From NCBI RefSeq assembly GCF_009914755.1, contig NC_060936.1: a stretch of DNA of 64,000 bases; one strand, written 5' to 3'. Below the pieces are notes generated by a model, which had not been told where the DNA came from, did not search any database, and worked only from the letters and a program-made list of their open reading frames with translations. The DNA is from the human T2T-CHM13v2.0 reference genome, Homo sapiens. Each line of letters starts with the position of its first letter. Position 1 is the stretch's first letter. Position numbers and translations under genes: made by a program. Below are positions 47,420-63,641 of this stretch, in pieces.

Positions 47420-47872
47420 CTGGATAAAGAAAATGTGGTACATATACACCATGGAATACTTTGCAGCCATAAAAAGAACGAGATCATATCCTTTGCAGGC
47501 ACGATCTCGGCTCACCGCAGCCTCTGCCTCTTGGGTTCAAGCGATACTCCTGCCATGAATGGACCTGGAAGCCATTATCCTCAGCAAACTAACACAGGAA
47601 CAAAAAACCAAACACTGCATGTTCTCACTTATAAGTGGGAGCTGAATGATGAAAACACAAGGACACATGGTGGAGAACAACACACACTGGGGCTTGTTGT
47701 GGGGGTGTGGGAGGAGGGAGCACATCAGGAAGAATAGCTAACAGATGCTGGGCTTAATACCTGAGTGATGGGATGTTCTGTGCAGCAAACCACCATGGCA
47801 CATGTTTACATATGTAACAAACCTGCACATTCGGAACATGTACCCCTGAACTTAAAAGTTGGGGAACAAAAA
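47420..47872 (+). mobile_element. 5'-truncated old L1PA 3' end (~0.4 kb)
   Basis: tggataaagaaaatgtggtacatatacaccatgg...acatgtacccctgaacttaaaag. Contains an Alu patch. Confidence 0.9.
47498..47554 (-). mobile_element. 57-bp internal Alu fragment without tail or TSD
   Basis: ggcacgatctcggctcaccgcagcctctgcctcttgggttcaagcgatactcctgcc sits within continuous L1 sequence. Confidence 0.88.
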
Positions 47873-47937
47873 GTCAGTCATGTTATACTGTCCTGATTAA
47901 GCTCCTATCAATATTTACTTTATAAGATTCATATGCC

Positions 47938-48504
47938 TTTTTTTTTTTTATAAAGGGAGAGCAAGTTTATTAAGAAAGTAAGGAGATAAAGGAATGGCTA
48001 CTCCACAGACGGAGCAGTGGCCTGGGCTGCTCTACTGAATATACTTATAGTTATTTCTTGATTATATGATAAACAAGGGATGGATTATTCATGAGTTTTC
48101 TGGGAAAAGGGTGGGCAATTCCCAGAAATGAGGGTTCCTCCCTTTTTTAGATCACATAGGGTAACTTCCTGATGTTGCCATGGCATTTGTAAACTGCCGT
48201 GGTGGTGGTGGGAGTGTCTTTTAGCATGCTAATGCTTATATTAATAATTAGCTTATAATGAGCAGTGAGGATGACTGGAGGTCACTTTCATCGCCATCTT
48301 GGTTTTGGTAGGTTTTGGCCAGGTTCTTTACCTCATGCTGTTTTATCAGCAGGATCTTTGTGACTTGTAAATTGTGCTGACATCCTATCTCATTCCATGG
48401 CTAAGAATGCCTGACCTCCTGGGAATGCAGCCCAATAGGTCTCAGCCTTATTTTTCCCAGTCCCTATTCAAGATGGAGTTGCTCTGGTTCAAATGCCTTT
48501 GACA
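47938..48504 (-). mobile_element. MER41B-type ERV1 LTR (U3-R only) ending in poly(A)
   Basis: Minus strand starts TGTCAAAGGCATTTGAACCAGAGCAACTCCATCTTGAATAGG. AATAAA (47971-47966) is followed 16 nt later by A12. Confidence 0.88.
48098..48127. promoter_or_regulatory. Tandem STAT GAS motifs TTCTGGGAA and TTCCCAGAA
   Basis: Both match TTCNNNGAA (48098-48106 and 48119-48127), at the position characteristic of MER41B. Confidence 0.7.
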
Positions 48505-49415
48505 TATTTCTGTTTCACAAGGGTACCCTTAATCCTAAGGGTTGTAGAGGGATGAAGATCCATCTTCTGTAATTTCTTCACGCTGAATAGGGGCGGTGAT
48601 ATTCCTGCCTAACTATTAGGGCATCTTGTAGCCAGGGTAAAGAGGAGCTCAGTCAGAAAGCGTCAGTATGCTGAGGGCCATTTATAACTCTGAGTTCTGA
48701 CAGAAGGTGTTATCTGGAAGATTAGTAATTGTTCAATTTAAGAAAACATTGAGAAAGCTCATCCTGTATTCCTATATGAAGAGTACAACAGCAATAGATT
48801 CCACAACAGTAAAGCAAAATAAGCAAAATTATCCCAAGTAAACAAATTAGAAGGCTTTCCACGAACTGGGCAATTGTTTAAACCATGCTGATTTGGAGTC
48901 TCTAGCTGATTCCAACATATGCCCAGAATTAGAATACTGATCCAGATTTTTACATTACCCATCCCTCTTGTTTCTTCTGAGCTGGAGTCAGAGATTCACT
49001 GGTTGATTCACAGGAATAAGCAGGGTTAGTCTAAATTACAGGAAAGAAACCTTAAAAACAACTGATGACTAGAATCTAATAACAGGTGTACCATAGTTTT
49101 CGAAACAGAATTTTTCTCTCGCCAGTCTCCCATTTTTACTAAAGACAAATCATAATGGGACTGATTTGTTTGCAAAAACAAGCTTTAGTCTTATACTTGG
49201 CCTGATTATTTGTATAAAGGGCAGCAAGAACAATTACTTGGGACATAGGATCTTTTTTAAATTGGCTTTGATGGAACTAGTTTAGAGAGTTAAAGGATTG
49301 TTTTAAGTTAGAATAAATCTGAAGGTTTGAGCAAGTTGTGGAAGGTTTGTGAAAATTTAATATTGTAAAAGAAATTCTGTGTGAGAACATATTGGCTAAA
49401 GTTCAGAGGGGTATT
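48505..49415 (-). mobile_element. MER41/MER4-group ERV1 internal sequence, 5'-truncated; distal ~135 bp possibly inverted
   Basis: Contiguous with the LTR's U3 end. Minus strand gttccatcaaagccaatttaaaaaag...aataatcaggccaagtataagactaaagc resembles MER4-group internal sequence. Confidence 0.65.
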
Positions 49416-50989
49416 ATTGCTTTATTTTATGTATCTCCCAACAGTATTAGCTTAATCTTGGAAGATATCATATCTAATCATCTTTCCAAAATTGTGCTTT
49501 TTATTCTTCTCCCCAGTGAGCAGAAGAAAAGGCACCTCACCACACATGACATTATTTAATGCATGTAGATTAGAATATTCCTTGAAGGTGTGGCTTAATT
49601 AATCTTTTTAATACATGTGTTGCCCACTTCTCATTACCATCGAGGTGCTGAACATTTCATTTATCTTCAATAAGTGGCGAGGGCTAAAACATGGTAAACA
49701 AACAAAAAAAAAACTGAGTAAAATACCTGGGAAAGTTTTTAAAATAAAAAAAAACTTAATGAGTGTTTGCCAATCTGAGAGGCAAAGAATGCAGAAGGGT
49801 GTCTTATCAAAAACACATATTTGGCTGCAAAAGCATAGAACACACAAAGGCACAACAGTACAGTTTTCCACAGAGACACAGAGATGGTAAGTCTATCATC
49901 TCTTCGCTAAATACACTCTTAATGGAAATAAAAACAAGGATGTGTCTGAGTCATCTATTTAGAATTAAATAATGTAGTGTTTAATTTAGTATCTATTTAT
50001 AAAAATTAAGGCTTTTAAATGATCCCTATCATCAAAGAGTTCTATACAAATTTCTCATCCTTAGGTGTGAAGCTCTCAGATGAACACACATTGAAAATAA
50101 TAGTGGCATATTAAGATGACTCGAAATTACATAATATAAAGCAAAAACTTCTTATTCAGAAAAATGTGCTGAACTGTGTTTCTAAGGGTGAATCAGTGTT
50201 GGTCCAAGTGAATTTACTGAAGTCACTTGTAGCATTGCCTTGCTCTATGAGAAAACTTGCAGATAAAGACTCTTAGATATTACAGAGCATAAAAGGAATA
50301 AGCATGACTCGCATTTTTATACAGGGGAATGTGTGTTCTTTTATCTAGGAAAGCAAATTCTTCTTTTCATGCATCCTCAGGTTCTATATAAGCTTTTCCC
50401 ACACTGAGCTCTTTTTTTTCCCCAGTAACCTGTGTCAGACTGAGTGACTTGGCAACTCTATGCACTTCAGGTGTGGTTCTTGTCTGGGGCCTGGTGATGA
50501 AACCAGTATCAAGGTTACTGGCATCCTGCCTGATTCACTTAGAAGTAGCTCTTGTCTATACCAATATGAAGGTTGAGGTTTCAATGTGACTGCTTAGATT
50601 TAGATATCTATTTGAACAATGGTTGAAGGAAGTTCTTTAAAATGAGACTTTGGAAGAATTGAGGTTGACTTGAAGACAGAAAACAAAGCTATTAGTGATG
50701 CACAGATAGGATTTTAAACAGTAAATATAGGCATGTCAGTGACTGATTATAAAATCTAATCACTAACTACTCTTCGTTAAAGGAGATAAAACCATTTCAG
50801 CTATGGATGGCTAGCAAAGAAGTAGGAGTCTCAGTTTTCTACTCTGCTATAATTTTTGCCCAAGTTGAACAACTAGTATTCATCTTCTAATAGGAATATT
50901 CAAAGAGTTCTAGTCGCAGAAGTTTTCAGGCTTTACTGCATTTGCTGATGTCCATTTCACGTATATGATACTTTCTGCCAAACTCTGGT

Positions 50990-53550
<2,561 letters not shown>

Positions 53551-53679
53551 AAGGAATATTTAACTTTATAAATCGTTCTTTTATCCTTATCTTTTGCCAT
53601 TTGTACATTTGTATTTTGAAAGCTACTTCTCACTGCCTAGTGTGGAAATTAAGGACTCTTTCATTTTAATTATTGCTTT

Positions 53680-54063
53680 TGAGGTAGAAGTTTTAGGTAA
53701 GACTCCAAGCTCAGTAGAGAATCGGAATATAATATTGAAACTGTTGTGGTTTATTACTGACACATTGAAGCTTTCTAAGAAGAGTAAGGCAGGCTCTCAG
53801 GCAGGTCTGAAAATAGTTTGTGAAAGCAGGGGAAAGGAGACTGGCTTGGTTTTTATTGTGATGGGGGCGGTGGGGGCTGGGGTAAAGTGACAACTCACTG
53901 GAGCAGGCTTATGTGGTCTGAACTTCCTGCTGGGGCCAAAGGAAGGAATACTCGAGCTTTCTTATTAGTGTGCTCACATGTGGGACAGGAGAAGGGCAAA
54001 TGGTGACACTTGAAAGTCATCAGCAGACAAACATTAGAAATAGAGTCAGGCTCTTAATTATAA
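53680..54063 (-). mobile_element. ERV-L-class LTR (MER76-like), probable 3' LTR
   Basis: Minus-strand AATAAA at ~53750, CA terminus at 53680, and adjacency to the pol-containing internal region. The family name is tentative. Confidence 0.5.
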
Positions 54064-55169
54064 CTCACTCCTGATGTTGACTGATGAAAGAAAATGGGCC
54101 ATGCTTCATTAAACTGAATTTGATCTTATGTAAATCAGTCATTATGGCTTTCTATAAGGCCTGTAGCCTGAGGGCACTAATGGAGGTGAAAACTTCTTAA
54201 ATACCTTTTAAAAAAAATAAGGAACCTAAAATTAAACGCCTTGGTCACTTCAAGTAATGTTTCAAACTCCAAAGGGGATAAAGAGTGTTATAATGAGGAC
54301 TTATGTCATGGCTTTAGTATGTGCAGAGACATGTAAGACCTTTAAGGCAAGAGATTCCCAGGGTTCTTTACCCTAATGGAGGCATCTTTGAATAAGGAAT
54401 CATTGATGGACTAGTTGGACAGACCATTGGTGTTGGCTTGAGAGCCTGAAAAAATGTGGCCAGGGCATTCAGTGCTTAGATGACTGCATGAAGTTTGGCC
54501 AGTTTTGCTCACTCTTGGACAATTTTGCCTGTCCTTGACTTGGGACATCCTGGTTGAAGCAGCAGCTCTACAGTGAGCATCCATCATGTATTGGTGGTGC
54601 TGCTATCCATGAAATATACAAACTCCTTTTGCTGTTCACTCAGTTGTTCTCAAGGGGACCCATAGCTAGCCAAACACTCTGTGAGAGGAGGAGTGACCTC
54701 CTCCAGAACTATGGAGTTTGACAAAGATCGAAGACAAAAGAAGCCACTGTATCCTGCAGGTGGGATATGCCAGAAGATGTAGTCTAAGCTGTATCAAGGT
54801 TTGGTTTTATCCTACAAGTGCTATTACTATTTTAGTAAGGAGGCCTTGGTGGCCACGATGAACCTGCAGATTGCTACTTTCATATTCCAAGGCATAATGG
54901 CCATCTGGATATGGAGGGTCATAGGCTCTGGGCCTAGGATGACCTAGTATGTGGCAAGTGACTTCCCCTCCAGTGGTATTTAGCATGTAGCTGAGGAGAG
55001 CAATTTTTAATACCAAAAGCCCATGGGCAACTTTTGGCCATCATGTCATATGTGGTCCATAAACTCTAACAGGTATGAGAGGAGTTTGCAAAGGCCTCTG
55101 CAGTGAAGGAGTCTGTGGGGGAACACTAAGGGCAGTGCTATTGTACTTAAACAGAGAAAGGAGCCTTTT

Positions 55170-55540
55170 GTTGTGGAAGCCCCATTTAAGGTGGGTCAGT
55201 TTGTGAGAAATCGTGTAAATGGGCTTAAATTTTAAAATGAGGAATATATTACCTTCAAAATCCAAAAGACCTAAAAGGTGTTCAGCTTGTTTTAGTGTTG
55301 TAGGTACTGAGAGGGCCAATAATGTTTTTTTTGCCAGTGTCAAGGATGGAGTGGCCCTGACAGTGTCAAGGAGGGGGTAGTTTACCAAATAATTTTCAGG
55401 AATTAAACCAAGGTGCCATGAGCTTGTATAAGGTTATGTATGGGTCAATGATCCATCCCCTTTTTGTGAACCTCTTTGTGAGGATCTGTATTTCCTGAAT
55501 GAGTGTGTCAAATGAATGCCCTTGGAGGAAGAGTTATCAG
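55170..55540 (-). pseudogene. pol: Retroviral pol (reverse transcriptase C-terminal half and thumb) remnant, class III/ERV-L type
   Basis: Manual minus-strand translation gives QGHSFDTLIQEIQILTKRFTKRGWIIDP, then ...FLKIIW, then LLALSVPTTLKQAEHLLGLL. These resemble the ERV-L RT segments RGWxINPxKIQGP..VKFLG and PTTKKEAQxLVGLFGFWR. Frameshifted. Confidence 0.7.
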
Positions 55541-56486
55541 TATGCTGTAACTATGGGGAATTTAGACAAGGCAGTAGTTCTGGTGGTTAAGGTGAGGCAT
55601 ATGGGTTTGACCTCTAGTCCATGTTCAATAGCTTCCCTTAGGGCAAAGAGGTTATCTTGTTCAAATTTAGCAGTATGTCCAGGTATAACTAGTTTGAGCT
55701 CCATTATTATGAGCATGAAGGTTTGTCAATTGGTACATTTCAGCAGATATTACAATTAGTTTAGATCCTTTGTTGTAGAAGCATAAAAACCAATTAGCAT
55801 ACTTTTTTTTATTTATTGTATAAATTATTTTAGTTTGGGGCTTCAATTTCCAATTGGGTCCAATTGTGGGCCTGTGTTTCAGTTTTTTGTTTCCTCCCCT
55901 TACCCCTGTATTTAGATTTTTCTTTTTAAATTTACTTCTCTCTCTCTCTCTCTCTCTCTGTAATAATTACCTTACAGCAGACTGGCCCACCCCCTTTGGT
56001 GGTTATTGAATATACTTTGGTGGGGGTGAAGTGTTCTCTTTTCTATTATGCTGGTATTGTAAGTTTCTTCCCCTAGGGAGTCTCCAATCATTGTCATCAG
56101 GATTAGGGTCCTCCTGCATGGCAATGTTTGCTTTATAGAGTTTAGAGACTCGAGGTTTAAGTTGGGTTTGAATTAATCCCTGGTTGTACCGTTGGAGTAT
56201 CATAGGTGTTTTCTACATAACCCTGAGGATCAAGATTTTTTTTTTTGGCTGTAAAGTCATAGGCAACAGCATCAGCAAAGGCATTTCGTAGGGTCCTAGT
56301 GAGCCTATCTGCTTTAGGGGTATGACTGCAGCATGCCACATGGTGACTACTCTTCCTTGCATAACTGACCAAATATAAATGGTTTGTATACAATGTAAGT
56401 AGGCTTGTATATATCATAGGTTCTCTTTCTCCTGAGCATTCTATAGAATTAGGGCCAATGCCTGATTGAGACATATACTTTACATA

Positions 56487-56790
56487 GGCTGGGCATGGTG
56501 GCTTACATCTGTAATCCTAGCACTTTGGGAGGCTGAGGCAGGAGCATTGCTTGAGTCCGGGAGGTAAAGACCAGTCTAGGCAACATAGTGAAACATTGCC
56601 TCTACAAAAAGATAAAAAACAAGTAGCCAGGTGTGGTGGCATAGACCTGTAGTCCCAGCTACTCAGGAGGTTGCTTGAGCCCAGAGGTTGAGACTACAGT
56701 GAGCCATGATCACGCCACTGCACTCCAGTCTGGGCAACAGAGTGAAACCTTGTCTCAAAAGCAATTTTTAAAAAGGGGGTAAAAAAATTA
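56487..56790 (+). mobile_element. AluJ with ~15-bp TSD
   Basis: GAGACATATACTTTA (56468) / GAGACGTATACTTTA (56793). Confidence 0.92.
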
Positions 56791-57039
56791 AAGAGACGTA
56801 TACTTTAAATGAGCTCCAATCACATATTCTTGCCCCTAAATGTTATCAAAACTTCCTACTCATGTCAGTGAAATCTATAACAGAGGCTTGGTACGACTCA
56901 GCAAATGCAGCAGAAAGCATCACAGCTCAAAGTGAAAACTTGCCAGCATGCTAGACAGCAGGCAATAGAGCCAGTTAAATCCAACTGACCCAATAAGTTT
57001 CCTTTAAAATATCTATACCAATTTGCATCACCATAGGAA

Positions 57040-58300
57040 ATGAAAAGTTAAATAGTGCATGATTATACTAAACCAAGGAGCTCCTGGCTTACTATAAGAG
57101 ATGAATTAAAAAAATAATTGTAATGCAGTGTGATCAATTGACATAGAGGTTGGTTGAAGGCATAAATGAGAATAGGTGGCTTTTCCAGGGTAGAGAAGGA
57201 GGTAGCAGAGAGCCTTCAAAGAAAGAAACACTTGTGCTGGTCTAGAAGGAAGATTATGAATTTTTCAGATAGAATGCAGTAGGGATGGAGTGGATTGGAA
57301 TCAATAGCTGAGAGAATTGCACATGTGAAATATGTGCAATGATACATTTGAGTAATGTAAGAAGCTCAGGATGGCTGAAGCATAGGGAGTACACATCAGC
57401 AGGTAGGCTGAAGCAGATATGTAGATGTTTGTACTTTATTGAAGGAAAACCACAATAAAGTTTGCACTTGGAAAGATCACCACGGCAGAAATGCATGAAT
57501 AGCTTAGAGAGAAAGTCTAGAATCAGGGAAACCCAAGGCTGCTGATAGCCCATGTGGAACTTTTGTACAAATTAGAAAAGAGTACCCTCTCTCAAGTTAC
57601 TTTTTACTTCATTTTTTGGAAAATGTTTATATCAATAATTACCTTACAACAGACATTTTACTGAAAAGTGAGAAAATTTTTATAAAAATATATAATGCTT
57701 ACAATACAATTGGTGCCTTCATCAACAGTCAAGTGTAGGGACTGTGCAGAGCACACACTGCATAAACATGTATCACTGAACTGTGGAGACCAACTAGGTA
57801 ATTACTGCAATAGCTTAGATTGGAGATGACAGTCCTACTGAGGTAGTATGTTCTCTCTCTCACTCCCTTTCTCTCTCTCTCAGCAAATAGCAGCAATAAT
57901 TCAAGGGCTTGTGATTTATGTTTCCTCAGATTTGAAACAATAGATATAAGATTTGAAGTAGTAGGACTCTTAAGATGACTCCAAGTTCTTTTGGCTTTTT
58001 GTTTCTTTTGGTCTTGAGAAATCAGGTGGATAATTACGTCTATCACCTACTAAAATGGATAATAGAGATAGAATCAGGATGTTTTTGGGAGGAGTATATT
58101 AGGAAATGATGAGTTCAATTTAGTTTCTGACATGCTAAGTTTGTAGTCTTTGTGGACTTACCTATAGGCAATTAAATGTGTTGATCTGGAGCTCAAGAAA
58201 GAGAATGGGCCAAAGCCATAGACTTCATAGTCACCAACACATTGGTAGTTGTAAAAGACACAGGAATGTGTAAGATTCCATGAGCTTTAGAGCATCAAGA
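57040..58300 (-). mobile_element. L2 fragments
   Basis: tttgcacttggaaagatcac, atgatgagttcaattttag and gatctggagctcaagaaagaga resemble antisense L2. Confidence 0.5.
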
Positions 58301-59814
58301 TTGATGCTTGGCACCATCCTACCAAATAGGTTAGGATAGGCCGAGGGATGAATGAGGTTAGGGCTGCAGGTTGGAGGTCTTCAGCTGGCTGTTGGGAGGC
58401 ATTAGGGCAGATGGAGATGAACAAATAGGACCCTTGCTCCATAGGAGTGTTTCTCAAATTGTAGTCATTGGACAAGTGGCATCGTGATTCCCTAGGGACA
58501 TTTCATTAATAGTATATATTCCTGGCTACTAGTGCTGTTGAATTATAATATCTGGATGTGGGACTCTTTTATAGAAACTCTTTATGGGTGATTATTATGT
58601 ATATTAGAGTGTTCTCTCTTCAAATAGGTCCCTTTTTCCCATAGTTATGGTACTTGAGACTAGATCAATTTGCTTAGTAAGCAAAACTGTAGTTTATGTT
58701 TAAACTAGGAATGGAAAATATGTAGCATGTGGCCTTGCATTTCCGTTTCCTATACTAACGGCAAGCCCTTTTCTGTTCAACCCAGTCATGACCTTAAACT
58801 ATTTCTCAATGCTCTGCTTCAGGCAGATTCTACTAAGCAATGAGTTATCAGGCTAGATGAAACACATTAGCCACACCAGGCTTAACTTCTGGCTATATAA
58901 GAAGACAAGACACTTTTAGTGTTAACACATCACTTTAATTTTTTCCTTTTCCACTATAGTTAAGTGGCAGAATAATATATATCTTAATATTTTTCATTCT
59001 AGCTAATGTAAAGGAGTTGATAGTAAAAGACGTATTTTTTTCTCTCCCATACTGAGAAGGTTTTACGTCTTAGAGATCTGGGTTTCATTAGCCTCATTGA
59101 CAATTTAATAGACAAAAATTGTTTTCTAAAGTCTGAAGCTAGACTTTCTAGGAAAGGGAAGATTCTTAAGGCTGGGAGGAGGAAGATAATGGCCCTATTT
59201 AGGGGAGAGAGTAATGAGCATTCCTAAAATTGAGATAATCTGAGTGGGCCCCTGTTGCCCATAGTGCTGGAGTCATGTAATTGTTGAGTGTCCAGGAAGG
59301 CTGGACTCCAATAACTGTGCCACTGAATCGGTGTTGAGGATTTCATTGGTTGAGTTCATGAACAGACAAAAGGAGGAGCCCCTTTGAGGCTGCCTAATAC
59401 CAGGCAAATTGGATGACAAAAAGGGTCAAAAATAAACGTGGCTCCTTGGCTTCTCCCTCCCATTTATTTTCTGGCATCTTATAAGTCAGTATTCTTGTAT
59501 GATGTCATGGGAGGAGGAACTGCATCTCCCATATGACAAGTATTGGACTGTTACTCATCTGCCTTGATGTGTAGGGGTTCAGAGATAGATTTAATTTAAT
59601 TTTAGAAAAATGAAGTAGTATATCTTTTCTTCAACCTACTAATTTATCCTCTATATATGGAGGCAACACAGTTTCCTGATTCAAGACACTGCCCCGGATG
59701 CCAATGCTCTGTTAACACATGTAAATGGCATCCTAAAGTGGAGCATGAGACATATAGAGAGGAATCAGGAAAATGGGCTGGTATAATGAGACAGGCAATG
59801 TGAACAGAGAGGAA

Positions 59815-60360
<546 letters not shown>

Positions 60361-60639
60361 CTGCATTTTACACATGGGTCCTATGTGCTTACTGAAGATG
60401 GCTGTATCTTAAAGTCTATATAGAAAAATGTAATTATCAGGATTGATTAATTGCTGCTTATTCTAATTTATTCACAAAAGGATTTGAGGTGGCACTACAT
60501 AAGATACAAATATAAAAATATTAGAACAAAGGGACAAATAAGAAGAGTTAGATGAGATCAAGAAGATATAGAAACACAGGCCACTAAGGCCCAACACTGC
60601 ACCTGCAAGTGGGCCATATATTCAGCACTGGGCTTTCAG

Positions 60640-61300
60640 GTAAGCATTTAGGGCTTCTTCTTTCCAAGGGTGTCCTTAAAGTCATACCCTTCCTATATTT
60701 TTATCTTTTACCCCTTATATCTTGGCAACTTAGTCACATCTCACGCTCTCTGAAGGGAAAATGTGTTCAAAACCAAATTCATTATGTTTGCTTCAAAACA
60801 GTTGTTTTTTTCTTTCTTCCTAATTTTGGTTAAAGGCTCTACCATATGCCCAGGTCTGAGATGTGAAACTCTGGGTTTATCTTGGTCCCTTTCTCCCTAT
60901 ATCAAGTCCATTAAAGTCCATCTTTCCTACTTAGCCGTGTCTCTCCCATCAGGTGTCATCTTCCCTTTCTCTCTGCCATCCCTCTGGCTTAGATCTTCAT
61001 TACCTCTCGGATGTCTCTTGTATTATTTTCCTGTCCATGTTTCCCTCTGCTCTTTGGTCTCCCTGTTTCAATCTCTCTAATGCATCCCTAACACATGTAT
61101 CTTCCCCAAACAGAGTTCTAATCATATGATTCACTTGTTGAAAAACTTTGAGAGGCTCCTCACTGCATTTCAAATAAAGAATAAATGCCTAATCGTCAAG
61201 GGACCCTCACGATCTCATCCATTCTTTATTTTCAGACGTATCGCTCACCACTCCCAAACACATGGCAATGTTTTAACTGCTCTCCCCAACTCTTCTCTCC
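60640..61300 (+). mobile_element. L2 fragment
   Basis: aaaccaaattcattatg, tttcaatctctctaat and ctaatcatatgattcacttgttgaaaaacttt resemble degraded L2. Confidence 0.45.
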
Positions 61301-62872
61301 TTTCCTGTTCCTGCTTGTTTGGGGAGGTCTTATTAATCTGTGTTATCCCATGTAATAGAGTACAGTGCCTTGCTTAAGAGTTCAGTTAAAAACTGTTTGA
61401 AGTTTTGCTTCCTGTGAATTCAAAACCCATGGAGTGCTGCCCTCTTTTGGCTAAGATAGCACAGAGTCCAAAGCACCACATAGGAAATGATGCTGAATGA
61501 CTCATCTTTTCCTTTGGGTTAGAATCCTCATGGAAACAAACAAGGCAGGGTGAAATGATTCCATCCTCTTTTCCCATATTATCTAGCTTCAAAGATTGTT
61601 TGTTTATGGAGATAGAAAGAAGATAAAATTCTGTATAGAAAACTTGGAACTCGACTAATTCAGATAATATATTATGTGTAAACTCAGAGCTGGGGCAAAG
61701 CCAGCAGTTACTTTGAACACATCCAGAGCTCCAAGAATCTTCAGGCCTCAACACGGACTTTTATATAAGAGGTAAGGGATGAGAAAACAACAGGGTTCCC
61801 TAAAGGCCTCTTCACATTAAGAACAGCTTCCTGATTTAGGGACGACTTAGGCAAGTGGCCAGGTTGTTTTTGTTTTTTTTTTTTATACCGATACTTAGTA
61901 TTTGGTGAAGTAAGAAAAATAGGGCCTGGCCTAGGAGGTAAAGTTTACTTCTGCAGACCCTGCTGGGGCCAATCTGTGGCCATACCTGAGCCAGTCCTGA
62001 AGATCCAGCAGAAATATGGAGGAAGGATGACACGAAGCCCAGGAAGAGTAATACATTTTTAAGAAAGGACGACAGGATGAGAGGTGCACAGAAAAAAGCT
62101 TCCGAGTGGATGCCATCTCCTGATTACAATATGAATATTCTGGGGTTGTTAATTTTATAAAGTTATAACCACATCTTTATTACTAATCACATTGAACCTC
62201 ACTAAGTATAAAGACAATGAATAGTAAATATGTATGCATTATAAATAACTGGAAAGCTCAATTAAGACAGGCCTTGAGCTTTATCTCAAGTGTCAATAAA
62301 ATCAGACTTCCTTGGATCTGAAAGGGACAGTCATTCCAAAACTGAAACTCAGTGGGTGACAGGATGCCCACACCTCTTGGAGGAGGACAGAAAGGTTTGT
62401 GGGCTGGTGTCAGATACAAGCTTGGCACCATCTTTGATTAGGAGCTAATGTTAGCAGAAAGATCAAGTGTCAGTCATGACCAGAGTTGTTTTCTACTATC
62501 TTGAGAAGGTCACCGGATTGCTGCCCCTTCGTTTTTGAAACCTGATCTGGGGACCACAAACAGCCACAATGAATTGGATTACTGCCATGTGCTCTAAATT
62601 GGGCTGACAAGGCTGACTCAGTGCCAGGAGTTGACACAGGATGCAGCTTGAAATATTCACTTGGGGAGAGGGTTGAGATTTCTTTTTAATTGTCAATGAT
62701 GTTATTTGAAGAGATAGGATTGAATATGAACACTGAGGAGTGAAATAAATATTTGTCATGCACTTGGATAGAGAAGATCCACAAAGGTCAGAAAATTTTC
62801 TGTGTTAAATTTTATGTTCTGGGGATTACTTGGCTATACTGGGAGGCTGCTGTTCCTTTTAAAAAGAGGTGA

Positions 62873-63224
<352 letters not shown>

Positions 63225-63523
63225 TCAAATGTCCATAAAAAACAAAGGAAACTCCCTCTTATGTGCAAGGATATGTACAAACATAAACACAGTTTCTTTT
63301 ATTTGTATGTGAATTTGCAAGCAGCACCTCACTAGAGCTGAGCTTTTGTTATATAAATAAAGCCATCTGGTATATCCAAAGAATTTCAGTCTCTAGAGAA
63401 TAGGATCATAAACAATCGATCCTCCACAGACCTTTCAGTATTTTTGTTTGAGTAAAGTTTCCCACAGCTCTGCTTTAATTATTTTATCTGTTTTTAATCT
63501 TCTAAGGATTTTATAATTTATAA

Positions 63524-63641
63524 TTAGCCATGTCTCTCCCTTCAGGTGTCATCCTCCCGTTCTCTCTGTCCTCCCTTTGGTTTAGATCTTCATTACTTCT
63601 CAGATGTCTCTTGTATTATTTTCCTGTCCATGTTTCCCTCT
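63524..63641 (+). repeat. 118-bp dispersed direct duplicate of 60931-61048
   Basis: Manual alignment: 108/118 identical, no gaps. Confidence 0.95.

Larger units (their letters stand above)
54064..56990 (-). mobile_element. ERV-L-class internal region, decayed
   Basis: Contains an RT remnant (next feature) and is interrupted by an AluJ. Confidence 0.6.
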
